A stretch of DNA of 64,000 nucleotides. Origin: Limisphaerales bacterium. GTDB lineage: Bacteria; Verrucomicrobiota; Verrucomicrobiia; Limisphaerales; UBA11358. This document shows positions 10,628 to 20,500 of this stretch, piece after piece (the first letter of the stretch is position 1; each line of letters begins with the position of its first letter). The position numbers and the translations under genes are program-made. The notes beneath the pieces were generated by a model. The model did no database searches, was not told the DNA's origin, and worked only from the letters and a program-made list of their open reading frames with translations. Location: NCBI GenBank assembly GCA_037200545.1, contig JBBCGE010000004.1, positions 310,970-374,969 of the forward strand, read 5' to 3'.

Positions 10628-11164
10628 TCATGATTTTCTATTCGGATACCAGGAAGTAAATTTAACAGCGGCGTAAATGGCGATGATCGTTGTCCAAATG
10701 CCGATCCTTATCGGAACGTTCGGCATGTAAAACATCACCAAATCCGCCGCCACCATCACGGCAAATGCCGCCGCCCAGACGGCGGTGATGACATAATTGA
10801 CGCGGATAAATTCAGGCTCAAGCCACAAAGTTTCAGCATTCCCCTCGCGCGCATATTGCAACGTGAACGGGCAACGGACGGCCATGGAGACAAGCACGAT
10901 CAACAGCAGTCCGGCATCCACGCACAAACGCGCCCAGATGATGGACGCCGGCATCTTCCCAAACAGCGCGTAGATGGCCAGCGCGCCAAAGAGAATCAAA
11001 GTCCCGACTTCGAGCACCTTCACTTTTCTGTTACGGCTCATGGCATCACGCACTGCCAAAGCTGCGGCAATCAAAGCCCCCGAAGTTAAACCCGCCACCG
11101 GGCTGACAAGTCTATCCACCAGAGCGAAAACTAGAAAAGGCGCGAAGGCCAATAAAGTGTTCAT
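10628..11164 (-). CDS. Membrane protein (IspA/septation-A-like hydrophobic protein)
   Basis: 178 aa, about 6 TM segments, PFTLQYARE motif. Confidence 0.65.
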   Translation of the reverse strand: MNTLLAFAPFLVFALVDRLVSPVAGLTSGALIAAALAVRDAMSRNRKVKVLEVGTLILFGALAIYALFGKMPASIIWARLCVDAGLLLIVLVSMAVRCPFTLQYAREGNAETLWLEPEFIRVNYVITAVWAAAFAVMVAADLVMFYMPNVPIRIGIWTTIIAIYAAVKFTSWYPNRKS

Positions 11165-11183
11165 AATTTTAGATCGTCAAGCC

Positions 11184-11600
11184 TCATTCATTCGTTGACG
11201 CTGCTGGCTTGGATTCTGGAAACCATTCCGTATGTTGGTCGCCTTGGCGGCCAAAGTAAGTCACGCGTTTGCCGCGCAAAAAGGCGAAGTATCCCTGCAC
11301 GCCGTCTTCCATCGCCCGCCGGGTGAAGTCGCGAAACTTCTGTCCATTCCGCTGGCTGTTGAGAATGTTCGCGCGCAAATCCACGGCGGAAAATTCCGCT
11401 GCGACCGGCGGCAAACCTTCGAAGGGAATCGGCGTCACAACGATGTTTCCATCGGCGCTGTAAAATGTTTGTCGCAGCCCGACGTAATCCACGTGGTAAT
11501 ATTCCACGCCCGCCGTCAGCAACTGGCTCACGACTTCTGGAAATGAGATGGTGCCGGCCACAGTTTTGCGGGCGATTTCAGTGATGATTTGAGTATTCAT
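11184..11600 (-). CDS. DUF1398 (YbcV/YdfO-like) protein
   Basis: ISFPEVV..L..AGVEYYHVDY and GVQGY...RVTYFGRQGD duplicated half-motifs. Confidence 0.8.
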   Translation of the reverse strand: MNTQIITEIARKTVAGTISFPEVVSQLLTAGVEYYHVDYVGLRQTFYSADGNIVVTPIPFEGLPPVAAEFSAVDLRANILNSQRNGQKFRDFTRRAMEDGVQGYFAFLRGKRVTYFGRQGDQHTEWFPESKPAASTNE

Positions 11601-11648
11601 GATGTCTGTTTTGTTTGCTTGGTTTCGGCCCATTCGCGGGCTTCAAGG

Positions 11649-11678
11649 GTTTAGACAACCAAGAAAACCGATTGTGAC
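11649..11678 (-). promoter_or_regulatory. Putative ECF-sigma promoter GTCACA-N15-TGTCTAAAC upstream of DUF1398 gene
   Basis: Same bipartite motif with identical spacing also lies upstream of the ECF gene (12549-12578). Confidence 0.65.
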
Positions 11679-11695
11679 AGTTCGCCCGAAGATTT

Positions 11696-12544
11696 TTAAT
11701 TCGTGTAAAAACCCGATTGTGAAAGGATTTCGCGCAGTTTGCCCGCAAGATCCGGCCCGGCCAGGAAAGGTTGCATTCGGTAAATCTCGGCGTGTTGCCG
11801 GTCCAGCGACTGCAATTCGTCCAACCGGTCGGCGGCGACATCTTTTACCGCCGCCACCCGGTCCTTGGAAAACTCCAGCTTATTGGCGTCCAGCCAGCTG
11901 TTGCGCATGAAACCGTTCGCTTTCCGCGCGCAGCGGCAGGGGTTGGCCTGATTCACTAGGCCGCACTTGTCATTCATGAAATGATACAGATCGCGCCGCG
12001 CCCGCGACAACAACTGACGGAAATTGGCCGCAGTTTCATCCATCGCCGCCGCGCCCGCCTCACTTGTCTCGCCAAAAACTTCGCCCAAGATGAACGCCAG
12101 CCGTTGCCGGCGGTCCAGGCACATCAACATGGCGGTGATGCATCCCAGCTTGGCTTCCTCGACCAATACTTTTGCCTCGACCGGCAATGCCCATTCATCG
12201 GGCAACTCTTCATCCCGCACGCCGTCAAGCGACCCCCCCATGTCCGTAAAAGTCATTTTTTGTTCCTCCATCTCCGACTTGCGGACATTGAGCAAATGAT
12301 TCACGGCGATGCGATACAGCCACGTCCGAAACGCACTTTGACCTGCGAATGTGTTGAGCTTGGTGACGGCCTTGATAAGAATTTCCTGCGTCGCATCCTC
12401 CGCCACCGTTCGCCGCCACACCATGTGCAAAGCGAGGTTGAAAACCCATGATTGATGCCGTCGCACCAGCACATCGAGCGCGTCCATGTCACCACCGCGC
12501 GCCCGCGTCACTAGGCTTTCATCCGTTGCTGAATTTGTATCCAT
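11696..12544 (-). CDS. ECF sigma-70 factor with Cys-rich C-terminal extension
   Basis: AEDATQE, FRTWLYRIAVN (region 2), region 4 LSRAR; extension CGLVNQANPCRC. Confidence 0.9.
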   Translation of the reverse strand: MDTNSATDESLVTRARGGDMDALDVLVRRHQSWVFNLALHMVWRRTVAEDATQEILIKAVTKLNTFAGQSAFRTWLYRIAVNHLLNVRKSEMEEQKMTFTDMGGSLDGVRDEELPDEWALPVEAKVLVEEAKLGCITAMLMCLDRRQRLAFILGEVFGETSEAGAAAMDETAANFRQLLSRARRDLYHFMNDKCGLVNQANPCRCARKANGFMRNSWLDANKLEFSKDRVAAVKDVAADRLDELQSLDRQHAEIYRMQPFLAGPDLAGKLREILSQSGFYTN

Positions 12545-12548
12545 ACAA

Positions 12549-12578
12549 GTTTAGACAGCTGAAGGAGGCAAATGTGAC
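12549..12578 (-). promoter_or_regulatory. Putative autoregulatory ECF promoter GTCACA-N15-TGTCTAAAC (likely leaderless transcript)
   Basis: Motif ends 4 nt before the ECF ATG; second copy exactly 900 bp away. Confidence 0.65.
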
Positions 12579-12669
12579 GGAAAGAAGACGATTACAAAAT
12601 CAAAAAAGGCCTCTCATAAAATGTTAAGTGCATCGCTTGAGTCGAACGTGATGATCCTTTCGTAAATCT

Positions 12670-12948
12670 TCAGCAATCACCCTCACCATTGGTTTCACAA
12701 TCTGGAACGTGGTCGTAAAACATGATCGGCGGCGGCGATGCTGATGGCTGGATTAGAATGCCAATGCTGATATTAGACGACTGCCGCATTTTCCGCCTCA
12801 AACCGCCGCAGAATATCCACGCCAACAATATCAGCAAGAAACCAATGGCTCCGATAAAAAAGCCAAGGGCATGTTCGTGCATGAATCCGTCAAGATGCTT
12901 CAATCCCGCTGCTTCCAATTCCAAGGCTCTGATTTGCCAAGTTTGCAT
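12670..12948 (-). CDS. Small hypothetical membrane protein
   Basis: RBS AAGGGG before MQTWQ; one strong TM segment. Confidence 0.5.
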   Translation of the reverse strand: MQTWQIRALELEAAGLKHLDGFMHEHALGFFIGAIGFLLILLAWIFCGGLRRKMRQSSNISIGILIQPSASPPPIMFYDHVPDCETNGEGDC

Positions 12949-12958
12949 GGTGGCCCCC

Positions 12959-14008
12959 TTATGCGGTGATGAGTTGTGCTGTTGGCTCAATGCCATTGCC
13001 TTTGGCCGACAGTTTCCGCTGCCGCTCGTATTCGCCGACCGATGGCAATTCAACCTTGGCTTTGCGTGAATAAGCACGGTGGACAGCCTTGCTGTTCTGC
13101 CCCAAATGTTCCATCGCAAAGCGTTCGGGATAACCGGCGGTCTTCGCCCGTTCCGCCCACGCGTAGCGGTAGCTATGCAACGTCACGCCTTTGATTTTGA
13201 GGCCGACGCAGCGTTGCTTGAACTCCGTGGCACGGTCGCCCGCGCGGACGGTCCGCAGATAAGGAAACAGCGGGCCGTTGCCCGGCAAGTCCCGCAGGAT
13301 TTCTACCACGTCCTCATCGAGCCGCATGATGGCAATGGAGCCGGTCTTCCGGCGCGCGTAGCTGATGATATGATTGTCCCAATCCACATTCTCTGCTTCG
13401 AGAAAGGCAAGGTCGGTCTGCGCCGCGCCCAAATGCCACGCCAGTTTGTAGAACGCCTTGCGTTCGGGATTCAATTCGCGGGCAACGATGGCCTGATGTT
13501 CCTCCACGGTGATGCCGCGCTTCTCCTTGAACTTGATGGCGGGCCAGCGTTTCTTGGCCAGCACCGGCCACGGCAGCCAGTTCATATCAAGGGCGAAGTT
13601 GTGAACCCGGCGCAGATAGATGTTCGTGGACACTGAACCAACCTCCAAGACTTTCAGGAAATGCTCGGCCTGGGTTTCCAGCACGATCAGGTTGCGGATG
13701 GAATCAAACGCCTTGTCCTTGATGGCGGTGAGCCAGCGGTGGTGTGTATCGCCGGTCTTGAGCTTGGGGATTTCGTCCATGACGTGCTGCCATGTCCGGG
13801 TTGCGCCGGTGGGATCACCTGCCTTCCAATACACCCGCGCCAGATGGCGGCTGAAAGCCGGGGCTTCCTCGTTTTCGTTCTTGGCGGCGACGAGGCGAAA
13901 GGCTTCGTCTTTGTCGCGGGTCTTAAGGGTTGCTTGCTGGCCGCTGGTGTTGTCCTGGTAGTAGTAAACACCCCACGGGCGAAGGAATACACTGAATCGT
14001 TGTTTCAT
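12959..14008 (-). CDS. Tyrosine recombinase/integrase (outer tRNA-Cys element)
   Basis: TLHSYRY...HLGQ...HRAY motifs; next to att copy at 14171; paralog of 33899-34945. Confidence 0.85.
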   Translation of the reverse strand: MKQRFSVFLRPWGVYYYQDNTSGQQATLKTRDKDEAFRLVAAKNENEEAPAFSRHLARVYWKAGDPTGATRTWQHVMDEIPKLKTGDTHHRWLTAIKDKAFDSIRNLIVLETQAEHFLKVLEVGSVSTNIYLRRVHNFALDMNWLPWPVLAKKRWPAIKFKEKRGITVEEHQAIVARELNPERKAFYKLAWHLGAAQTDLAFLEAENVDWDNHIISYARRKTGSIAIMRLDEDVVEILRDLPGNGPLFPYLRTVRAGDRATEFKQRCVGLKIKGVTLHSYRYAWAERAKTAGYPERFAMEHLGQNSKAVHRAYSRKAKVELPSVGEYERQRKLSAKGNGIEPTAQLITA

Positions 14009-14170
14009 GTCATTTTTCATTTCATGACTATGAACCAACTCGATCTGACCTCGTTAGCGAGTAGTGGGCGAGTTCGTTTAGGATTGTAGCCGCCTTGTGC
14101 GGCTACTGAAACTTTCACTGAAACTCGGCCATTTTTTCACTATTTTCCTCGCAAATCCCAACAAATAGGC

Positions 14171-14191
14171 TGGAGGCGAGGGTCGGAATCG
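14171..14191 (-). repeat. att site: 21-bp copy of the tRNA-Cys 3' end
   Basis: tggaggcgagggtcggaatcg is identical to 35132-35152. Confidence 0.92.
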
Positions 14192-14360
14192 GACTAAGTC
14201 ACCGATTCAGATACCAATAAAATAGCAAAATCCCCTGTAAAATCAAGCACTATTCGCCATTGCTCGCCACTATTTTTCAATACTTTTTCCTACTTTCACT
14301 GACAGTGGCCGCGCAGAAACGCCATTGACAAGCCGGTGCCAAAGTGGCACCATATAGCAC

Positions 14361-14645
14361 ATGGAACATGTAATGGAAGAGCCTCGCAAGAGGATTACGG
14401 CTCGCGTATCAGACACCGTGCGAGACACGCTGGAACAGGCGGCGGAGCTTTTGGGCGCGACGGTCAATCAGTTCGTCGTGCAAACCGCCTATGTGGAAGC
14501 GCAACGCGTGATTGAGCGTGAGTCGGTCATTCGTCTTTCGCAGAAAGACGCGCATAAGGTGCTTGCCCTGCTGGACAATCCGCCCAAACCCAACAAGCGT
14601 CTCAAGGACGCGGTAAAAGCGTTCAAGGGCACGGTGCGTGCATAA
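14361..14645 (+). CDS. DUF1778 antitoxin (TacA/AtaR-like RHH)
   Basis: RITARV...LEQAAEL.G.TVNQFV...IRLS...LLDNPPKPNKRL. Confidence 0.88.
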   Translation: MEHVMEEPRKRITARVSDTVRDTLEQAAELLGATVNQFVVQTAYVEAQRVIERESVIRLSQKDAHKVLALLDNPPKPNKRLKDAVKAFKGTVRA

Positions 14646-15147
14646 AATCGAACTGCTGGCGAAGTCTCACGACCGGGACGGATTCGACTGCGGGAGTGAA
14701 CCCCTCAATCTGTTTCTCAAGCAAACCGCGCGGCAACACGCGGAGCGGGGAATCTCGCGCACATTTGTTTTGGTGGATGAGGACGCTGCCACGCCAAAAC
14801 CCATTCTCGGCTATTTCTCGCTCAACATCTGCCAGATAAAATCAGAATCGCTTACGCCGGGAGAGGCGAAAAAACTGCCGCGTGATGTGTCCGGTGTCCG
14901 GTTAGGCCGGTTGGCCGTTGCCAAAGCGTGCCAACGTCAAGGCATCGGGAAAAAACTACTGGTCGCGGCAATGGGGAAGTTTATCGAGATTTTCAACACG
15001 GCGGGCGGGATTGGTCTTTTCGTGGATGCGAAAGATCAAGACGCCAAACGCTACTATGAGCAATTCGGATTCGTCCCCATGCCGTCCAACGAACTCGAAT
15101 TATTCCTGCCTGTAAAAACAATTCACGAGGCGTTGACCTCACACTAA
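14638..15147 (+). CDS. GNAT acetyltransferase toxin (TacT/AtaT-like)
   Basis: HDRDGFDCGSEPLN, LGRLAV...QRQGIG, VDAKD...YYEQFGF; overlaps the antitoxin. Confidence 0.88.
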   Translation: MHKIELLAKSHDRDGFDCGSEPLNLFLKQTARQHAERGISRTFVLVDEDAATPKPILGYFSLNICQIKSESLTPGEAKKLPRDVSGVRLGRLAVAKACQRQGIGKKLLVAAMGKFIEIFNTAGGIGLFVDAKDQDAKRYYEQFGFVPMPSNELELFLPVKTIHEALTSH

Positions 15148-15210
15148 CAAACACTTTCCTTTCCGCCCTGACGGAAAGGGCGCGAAGCGTTAAAGCCAGC
15201 GCAGCGTGCG

Positions 15211-15270
15211 AACGTGTCCAGAGGCCGTGCCTCTGGCGGCGGGGTTTGGGGACGGCAGCGGAGTCCCCAA
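15211..15270. repeat. Twin-hairpin element, copy 1
   Basis: aacgtgtCCAGAGGC-cgt-GCCTCTGG...TTGGGGAC...GTCCCCAA; similar copy at 33792-33848. Confidence 0.7.
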
Positions 15271-15325
15271 CATAGCAAAACCGGCTGAACCGTTTCCAGT
15301 CCAGCCGGGCGCGTAGTGGGTGCGA

Positions 15326-15718
15326 TCAATCCTCGTCCGGCATCATCACCGTTATGGCCGGTTCCGGCGCGTCCATGTCGAGGGGGCCGCACATGGCAAT
15401 CAATTTGATGAGGCGCGGGGCGCGGTTGTCGTTGCGCACATACAGCGCAAACGGCAAGCGGACCTGTCCGGGCTGCGCCTTGCGGATGGCAAAGCGGAGC
15501 ATCCAGACAACATCCCAAAGCCGTCCCGCTTCGTCCTGGCCGGTCACGTCCGGTGGCACGGTCACATAAGCTTCAAACGTGGTGCGGGTGATAAAAACAG
15601 GAAAGCGGATTCCGGCTTCCTGCGCGGTTTTGGTGATTTCAACTTGCACGCCGTCGGTAACGGCCTGCTTGCGGGTGTAACTGTAAACGATTTCGCCGAA
15701 TGGATGGTCATTATTCAT
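15326..15718 (-). CDS. Conserved MGE hypothetical protein (DUF6573-like)
   Basis: YSYTRKQAVTDGV, GQDEAGRLWDV, ITVMMPDED pattern. Confidence 0.7.
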   Translation of the reverse strand: MNNDHPFGEIVYSYTRKQAVTDGVQVEITKTAQEAGIRFPVFITRTTFEAYVTVPPDVTGQDEAGRLWDVVWMLRFAIRKAQPGQVRLPFALYVRNDNRAPRLIKLIAMCGPLDMDAPEPAITVMMPDED

Positions 15719-15908
15719 GGTCTTTGTGATTGGTTGAAAACAGAGCCGCCTGCGTTGCCTCGGCAAGCTGCCGGGCGTGGTCTGCTTCGCCGCGTTCGCG
15801 GGTGATGCGTTCGCCGTCCAGCCCGGTTTCGGCAATCAGGTTGAACGTGTCCGGCGTGAATCCAAATTCATGCTGCGGGACAGGCAAGCGGCGTCTGTTT
15901 CGTTTCAT
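15711..15908 (-). CDS. Small hypothetical protein
   Basis: Short ORF tightly packed between RadC-like and DUF6573-like genes. Confidence 0.5.
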   Translation of the reverse strand: MKRNRRRLPVPQHEFGFTPDTFNLIAETGLDGERITRERGEADHARQLAEATQAALFSTNHKDHE

Positions 15909-15912
15909 GGGG

Positions 15913-16428
15913 TCAGGCGCAAAAATAGCCAAGAGCGCGGAGTGATGAAAAATTGCCGTTGCCGATGATTACATGGTCAAGCAATTCCAGTTTCAAAAGC
16001 TGCCCGGCGCGGATTAAGTCGCGGGTCACTTTGATGTCTGCTTCCGACGGGGTGCTTTCACCGGATGGGTGATTGTGCATGACAATCAAGGCACTGGCGG
16101 CGGTGACGATGGCGAGCCGGAACACTTCGCGGGGATGCACTAAAATTGTGTCCATCGTGCCGATGGAGACAAGGTGATGCCCTTTGACTTTGCGGCGCGT
16201 GTTCAAAAGCAACACGGCCAAACATTCGCAATCCGGGTTAAAGTGTGGATGGCTGGCAATGTGCATCCGCCAATAATCGGCGGCCTTGTCGGGTGTCTCG
16301 CACTGCTGCATTGCGTCCGGCGTCGGACACTCGCGCAACGAGGTCACTTTGTATTCATACGGGCTGGCGGCAAACTTGAACGGTTTCACCAATGTTTCAA
16401 ATCCCGGAAAGGTTTCGGTGGTATTCAT
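15913..16428 (-). CDS. radC: RadC-like JAB-domain protein
   Basis: VHPREVF, HNHPSG, PSEAD, LLDHVIIG. Confidence 0.88.
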   Translation of the reverse strand: MNTTETFPGFETLVKPFKFAASPYEYKVTSLRECPTPDAMQQCETPDKAADYWRMHIASHPHFNPDCECLAVLLLNTRRKVKGHHLVSIGTMDTILVHPREVFRLAIVTAASALIVMHNHPSGESTPSEADIKVTRDLIRAGQLLKLELLDHVIIGNGNFSSLRALGYFCA

Positions 16429-16439
16429 GGCAACTCCTT

Positions 16440-16835
16440 TCAAGCGGGTTTCTGGTCAGCGGCGAAATAACTGCCGTAACGCTTGCGGGGGTCATAGGTT
16501 GCCCGTTCGTCGGGTATCGTGCCGCAAGGGTGCTGCCACGTCTGGCGGGTGTTGTTCCAATGAAAACCAAGCTCGGCCAAAACGCGGGTGACGGTCGGCG
16601 GTTGCTTGTCGGAAAACTGAATCCAAACCCATTTTCCAACCACTTCGGCGAGTTCAAAGAAGTTCGGTGTTTCACTGCGGAGCAACGCCAGTAATTTTTC
16701 GGTTTCAAGTTTCCGATTTGCCCGGCGCAATTCCATATTGATTTGGGGTCTGTTCCCCGTGCTCGTGCTCAACTGTTCGGGACGGCTCTGAGCCTTGATC
16801 TGATTTTTCTGATTTTTGATTGTATTCGTTTTCAT
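16440..16835 (-). CDS. Hypothetical protein (MGE leading-region type)
   Basis: EVVGKWVWI...L.ELGFHWN..RQTW pattern; first gene after a long structured intergenic region. Confidence 0.6.
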   Translation of the reverse strand: MKTNTIKNQKNQIKAQSRPEQLSTSTGNRPQINMELRRANRKLETEKLLALLRSETPNFFELAEVVGKWVWIQFSDKQPPTVTRVLAELGFHWNNTRQTWQHPCGTIPDERATYDPRKRYGSYFAADQKPA

Positions 16836-17585
16836 AGTCTTTTTTTTGTGCTCTGCTGTTCGGTCCGGTCTTTCGCCCTTCACGAAAAAGGCCCGCGAAG
16901 CAGGGCGGCCAGTGGAGGTCGCCTTCAGGAGGAACCACGTCCGGCCCCCTGCGAAGCCGGGCCAGTGAGGGCGAAAGAACGAGCCGATGCAGAGGGAAGC
17001 GAAGCGGGAAAGGACTTGAAAACGATCCAAAGAATTATTCCCCCACTGACTCCGCGAAGCGGGCGCAACTGGCGGGGTTCACTGCGAAAGCATGAAGGAT
17101 GACAGGTGCGTTTCCTCCGGCCTGTCTCCAAACTGAACTGCGCTGGAACGAAGCGAAGCGTTCCGCGAAGTCAGAGAAGCGGATGCGGAAGCGGAGTGGA
17201 GCGCGGGTTCAGGTTTGGAGTCAGGCAATCCAGGCGGCGGCAGTCTGCGATTTTGCCAGCGCAGGCAGCCGGAGCAGCAAAGGTCGCAGTCTGCCGCCGC
17301 AATCAAATGGGGTGTGGGGCCGCGCTGCTCTGACTTATGGTCGGGAGTGCGTAGCTGGGAGCCGTGGTTTGGGGGCGGGGGCAAGCCGGAAGGATCATCG
17401 GCGAAGTGCGGACGGCCAAAGGTCAGACTCGAATTGGGGGACGGCCAAGGGGCGCGAGTTGCGCGAAATCACTGAGCGTCAAGCTCGCGCCGCTTGGACG
17501 GCGGGGAAAGCAGGATTACTGTTTCTGTGGTAGCACTGGTTGAGTTCAGTATAGACTATCTGCTCGTGTCTCGCGCGTTGCAACA

Positions 17586-20500
17586 TCACTGTAAACTAGC
17601 AGCGCGGTAAAAGCGCGACCGATAGCTCTGCGCATCGGTATCTATGACCTGAAACGGACCAGCAGTATTTGTGATTGTGCTTACTGGATTCCAGTTTATG
17701 AAATTGGTCGTTGCCTCGACGCGGTAAATACCAGGAACGAGAGCTTGGAGATCAAGTCCGAAGCCGCCGCCTATGAAGCCGCCCGGCTGGAGTTGTGGTG
17801 GCGGTGTTGAGGCCATCTGGGAAACCACTGGGGCTTGGGAGAATTGGAGCCAGACGGCGTTCAGGGCGTCATAAACCGATGAGGTTGTATTCGTGAGCGG
17901 CGGGTTGGCTAAGGGAGTTGGGAGTTTCAGGACTACTTGAAAGGAGCGGACCTGGTCTGGCTGCATGGTAAGCTCCCAAATCAAGCGATTGGTAGCGATT
18001 GTCGAGCCATCCGCGTTGACAACTATTGTTCCGGTAGGGAGGTCCTGTTGGATGTTGAGCAGCAGAGGAGCGTCGAGCGCGTTACGAGCTACGACACGCA
18101 GCGCGCAAACGCCGCTGGCGAACTCGACCAGCGACGACTGGACGGGCGCGTCAGAAAGGAGGGTGTCCGGGATTGTAGAGTGATCGATCTGAGTCCCGTT
18201 CGTGTCGATGAGTGTCGTGTTGAACTCCCCCGTCTGCGTTGCTTCAAGGTAGCAGGAACCGGGTGTGCTCGCTGTGAGAGTGTAGGTGATTAGACCATCG
18301 GGTTTTTGGCCGCCCGCCGGTGAGAGGTAATGGTCTGTGAGAACAATTTGGTCGTTTGGGGCGAGTTGAATATCATCGGTCGCGAGAAGGTAGTTGAGGG
18401 TAGCGGTGAACCCTGGAATGTCAAATGGGAGTCCCAGGTTCGAGGGGGTGAATGTGTGCGGATAAGCGGCATCTACGCGGTAAGTCGCGGCGACTTGGCC
18501 CGTGTTGCGGACAGTGACTCTCGCATAAGCTGCGGTGGTGACCCACCGTTGGCCGTACCAGAACTGTTGCGGGGAGCCTTCGGCGATAAATTGCACGGTA
18601 AGACTGCCTTGGGGGGCGGTGGGGACTTGCGCGTTGATAACGGCCAAGAGGCCATTGTGGGCGTTAGACGCCATTCGGTCAGATGTTAGCCATGCCTGGC
18701 CGACTGCGTCCAAGCTGAAGGCGAGCATTTGGACGTCCAAAGGCTGCTGTTGGAGGGTGGTGAGTTGGTCGAGGGTGGATTGTGCGAGGTTGGCGGATTC
18801 AGCCAACAAGAAGGTTGCGGCGGTACTGGATCCGGCTGTCAAAAGCGTAGTGGCCGCTGTTGTGCCGACCTCAAAGAGGGACCAAGCGTCGCCAACACTG
18901 GATTCCATGCTGGAGAATGTGTTTGGTAACCGGACTTTTGCGTCATAGGTGCTGCTGATCGAAAGGTTTGCCGCCAAGCGGCCTCGAAGGTCGCGAGTTA
19001 ACTGGTCGGCTTGCGTTGGGGTTAACTGCACGACAGCGGCAATGGCTTGCTGGCGGAGTTGCTCAATGTCAGAGTTCTTCTGGGCGACGAACGACGTGAT
19101 GGGTTGGGCGAAGATGTCCGCGTAGAGGAGTCCGCGGTTATGTTCAAGGAGCAGTTCTGTGCCGGCCTGTGCTGCGAGCGTATCTGCATCGACCGCGAGA
19201 TCTACTGCGACGGCTGGAAGACTTGAGCGCAGGAGGGTTTTGAAATCCGCAAGGGGCATGCCCGCCCCGATCAGACCGAAGGCTAGATTTATTCCAACGC
19301 GGGTTCTGTAAGATTCTACTCTCTGCTGAAAGTAATCTGCGTCAGCGGCTGCGGTGACGGCATTGACCTGAAGTTGCTGGAGCGATTGCGAGGTTTGCTG
19401 TGCCAAGTGATTTATCTCGTTCAGCAGGTCTTTGCTCAGTACCGTGATAGTCTCAGAGTGTTGAGACTGGTTACTTTGGGAATCGGTGACGGTCAGCGTT
19501 ACGATTATGTTACCAGACTGCGAAAATGTTTGGTTGATTGTGGATCCGGTCGCCGTCTGAGCACCCCCGAAGTTCCAACTGAATGTCAGCCCCGATTGGG
19601 CTGCGGCCTGGGCGGTGAAAATGACTGTATCTCCGGTATAAACTTGGGCTGGACTCCAGTTGAAAAGTGCCAGCGGAGCAGTCGGGGCATTTACTGTGAA
19701 ATCAGTCGTGTTACCGCTGAATGAAACCCACGAACTAGGAACACCATTTCCGTCAAGGACGCGAGAGCGCCAATGATAATTCTGGTTCGCCAGAGCGCTC
19801 ACGGTCGCGCGAGCCTCTGAGCCGCCTTGGACAAGGGTGGTCGTGGCTGTCGGGTCGGAGAAGGCGGTGCCGGACGGCCGCACCTCGAATTGGAGGCTGA
19901 ATTGCTGACTGCTTGGACCAGAGGGGGTTGCAGCCAGGACAACAGAAGATGCGTTGGCCATGCCACCGCCAGCGATCGGGCTGAGACCGTCAGCCTGGAG
20001 TTGGCGCAACGTAATCGGCCCGGCGGGAGGGATTGGAGTCGTTCCGGGCGTGAAGACGAGATATTGGGCGTCTGCCCATCCATTTTGGGCGGCGTAGGTT
20101 AAGTGGCGCCAGAGGTAGCCGTCCGCATTTTGGGTGTCTCCGAGCAGCGTCACTGTCGAACCCTCCGGCATTACGAGAAGAATTGTGGATGTTAGGCCCG
20201 GCGCGCTGCGAAGTCGCAGTCCAAGGCCGGACGTTCCTGCAACCCATGCCTGTTGTGCAGGTGCGGAGGCGGGCAAAGTTGTGAATGTCGCGTCCAATCC
20301 CCTGGTGGTGCCCTGGTTATTGAAAGCAACTATGCGATAATGGTACGTTGTGTTCGGCGTCAGGCCAGCTTGGACGAAACCAATGCTTTGGACGGATGTG
20401 CCAAAATTTCCAGCAGTTGTGGTGCTTCCGTAAGTCGTCGTCTGACCATATTCGAAATAGGCAGTCGTTGCGAAGCCGTTGGGATTAATGGAGCCGTTAA

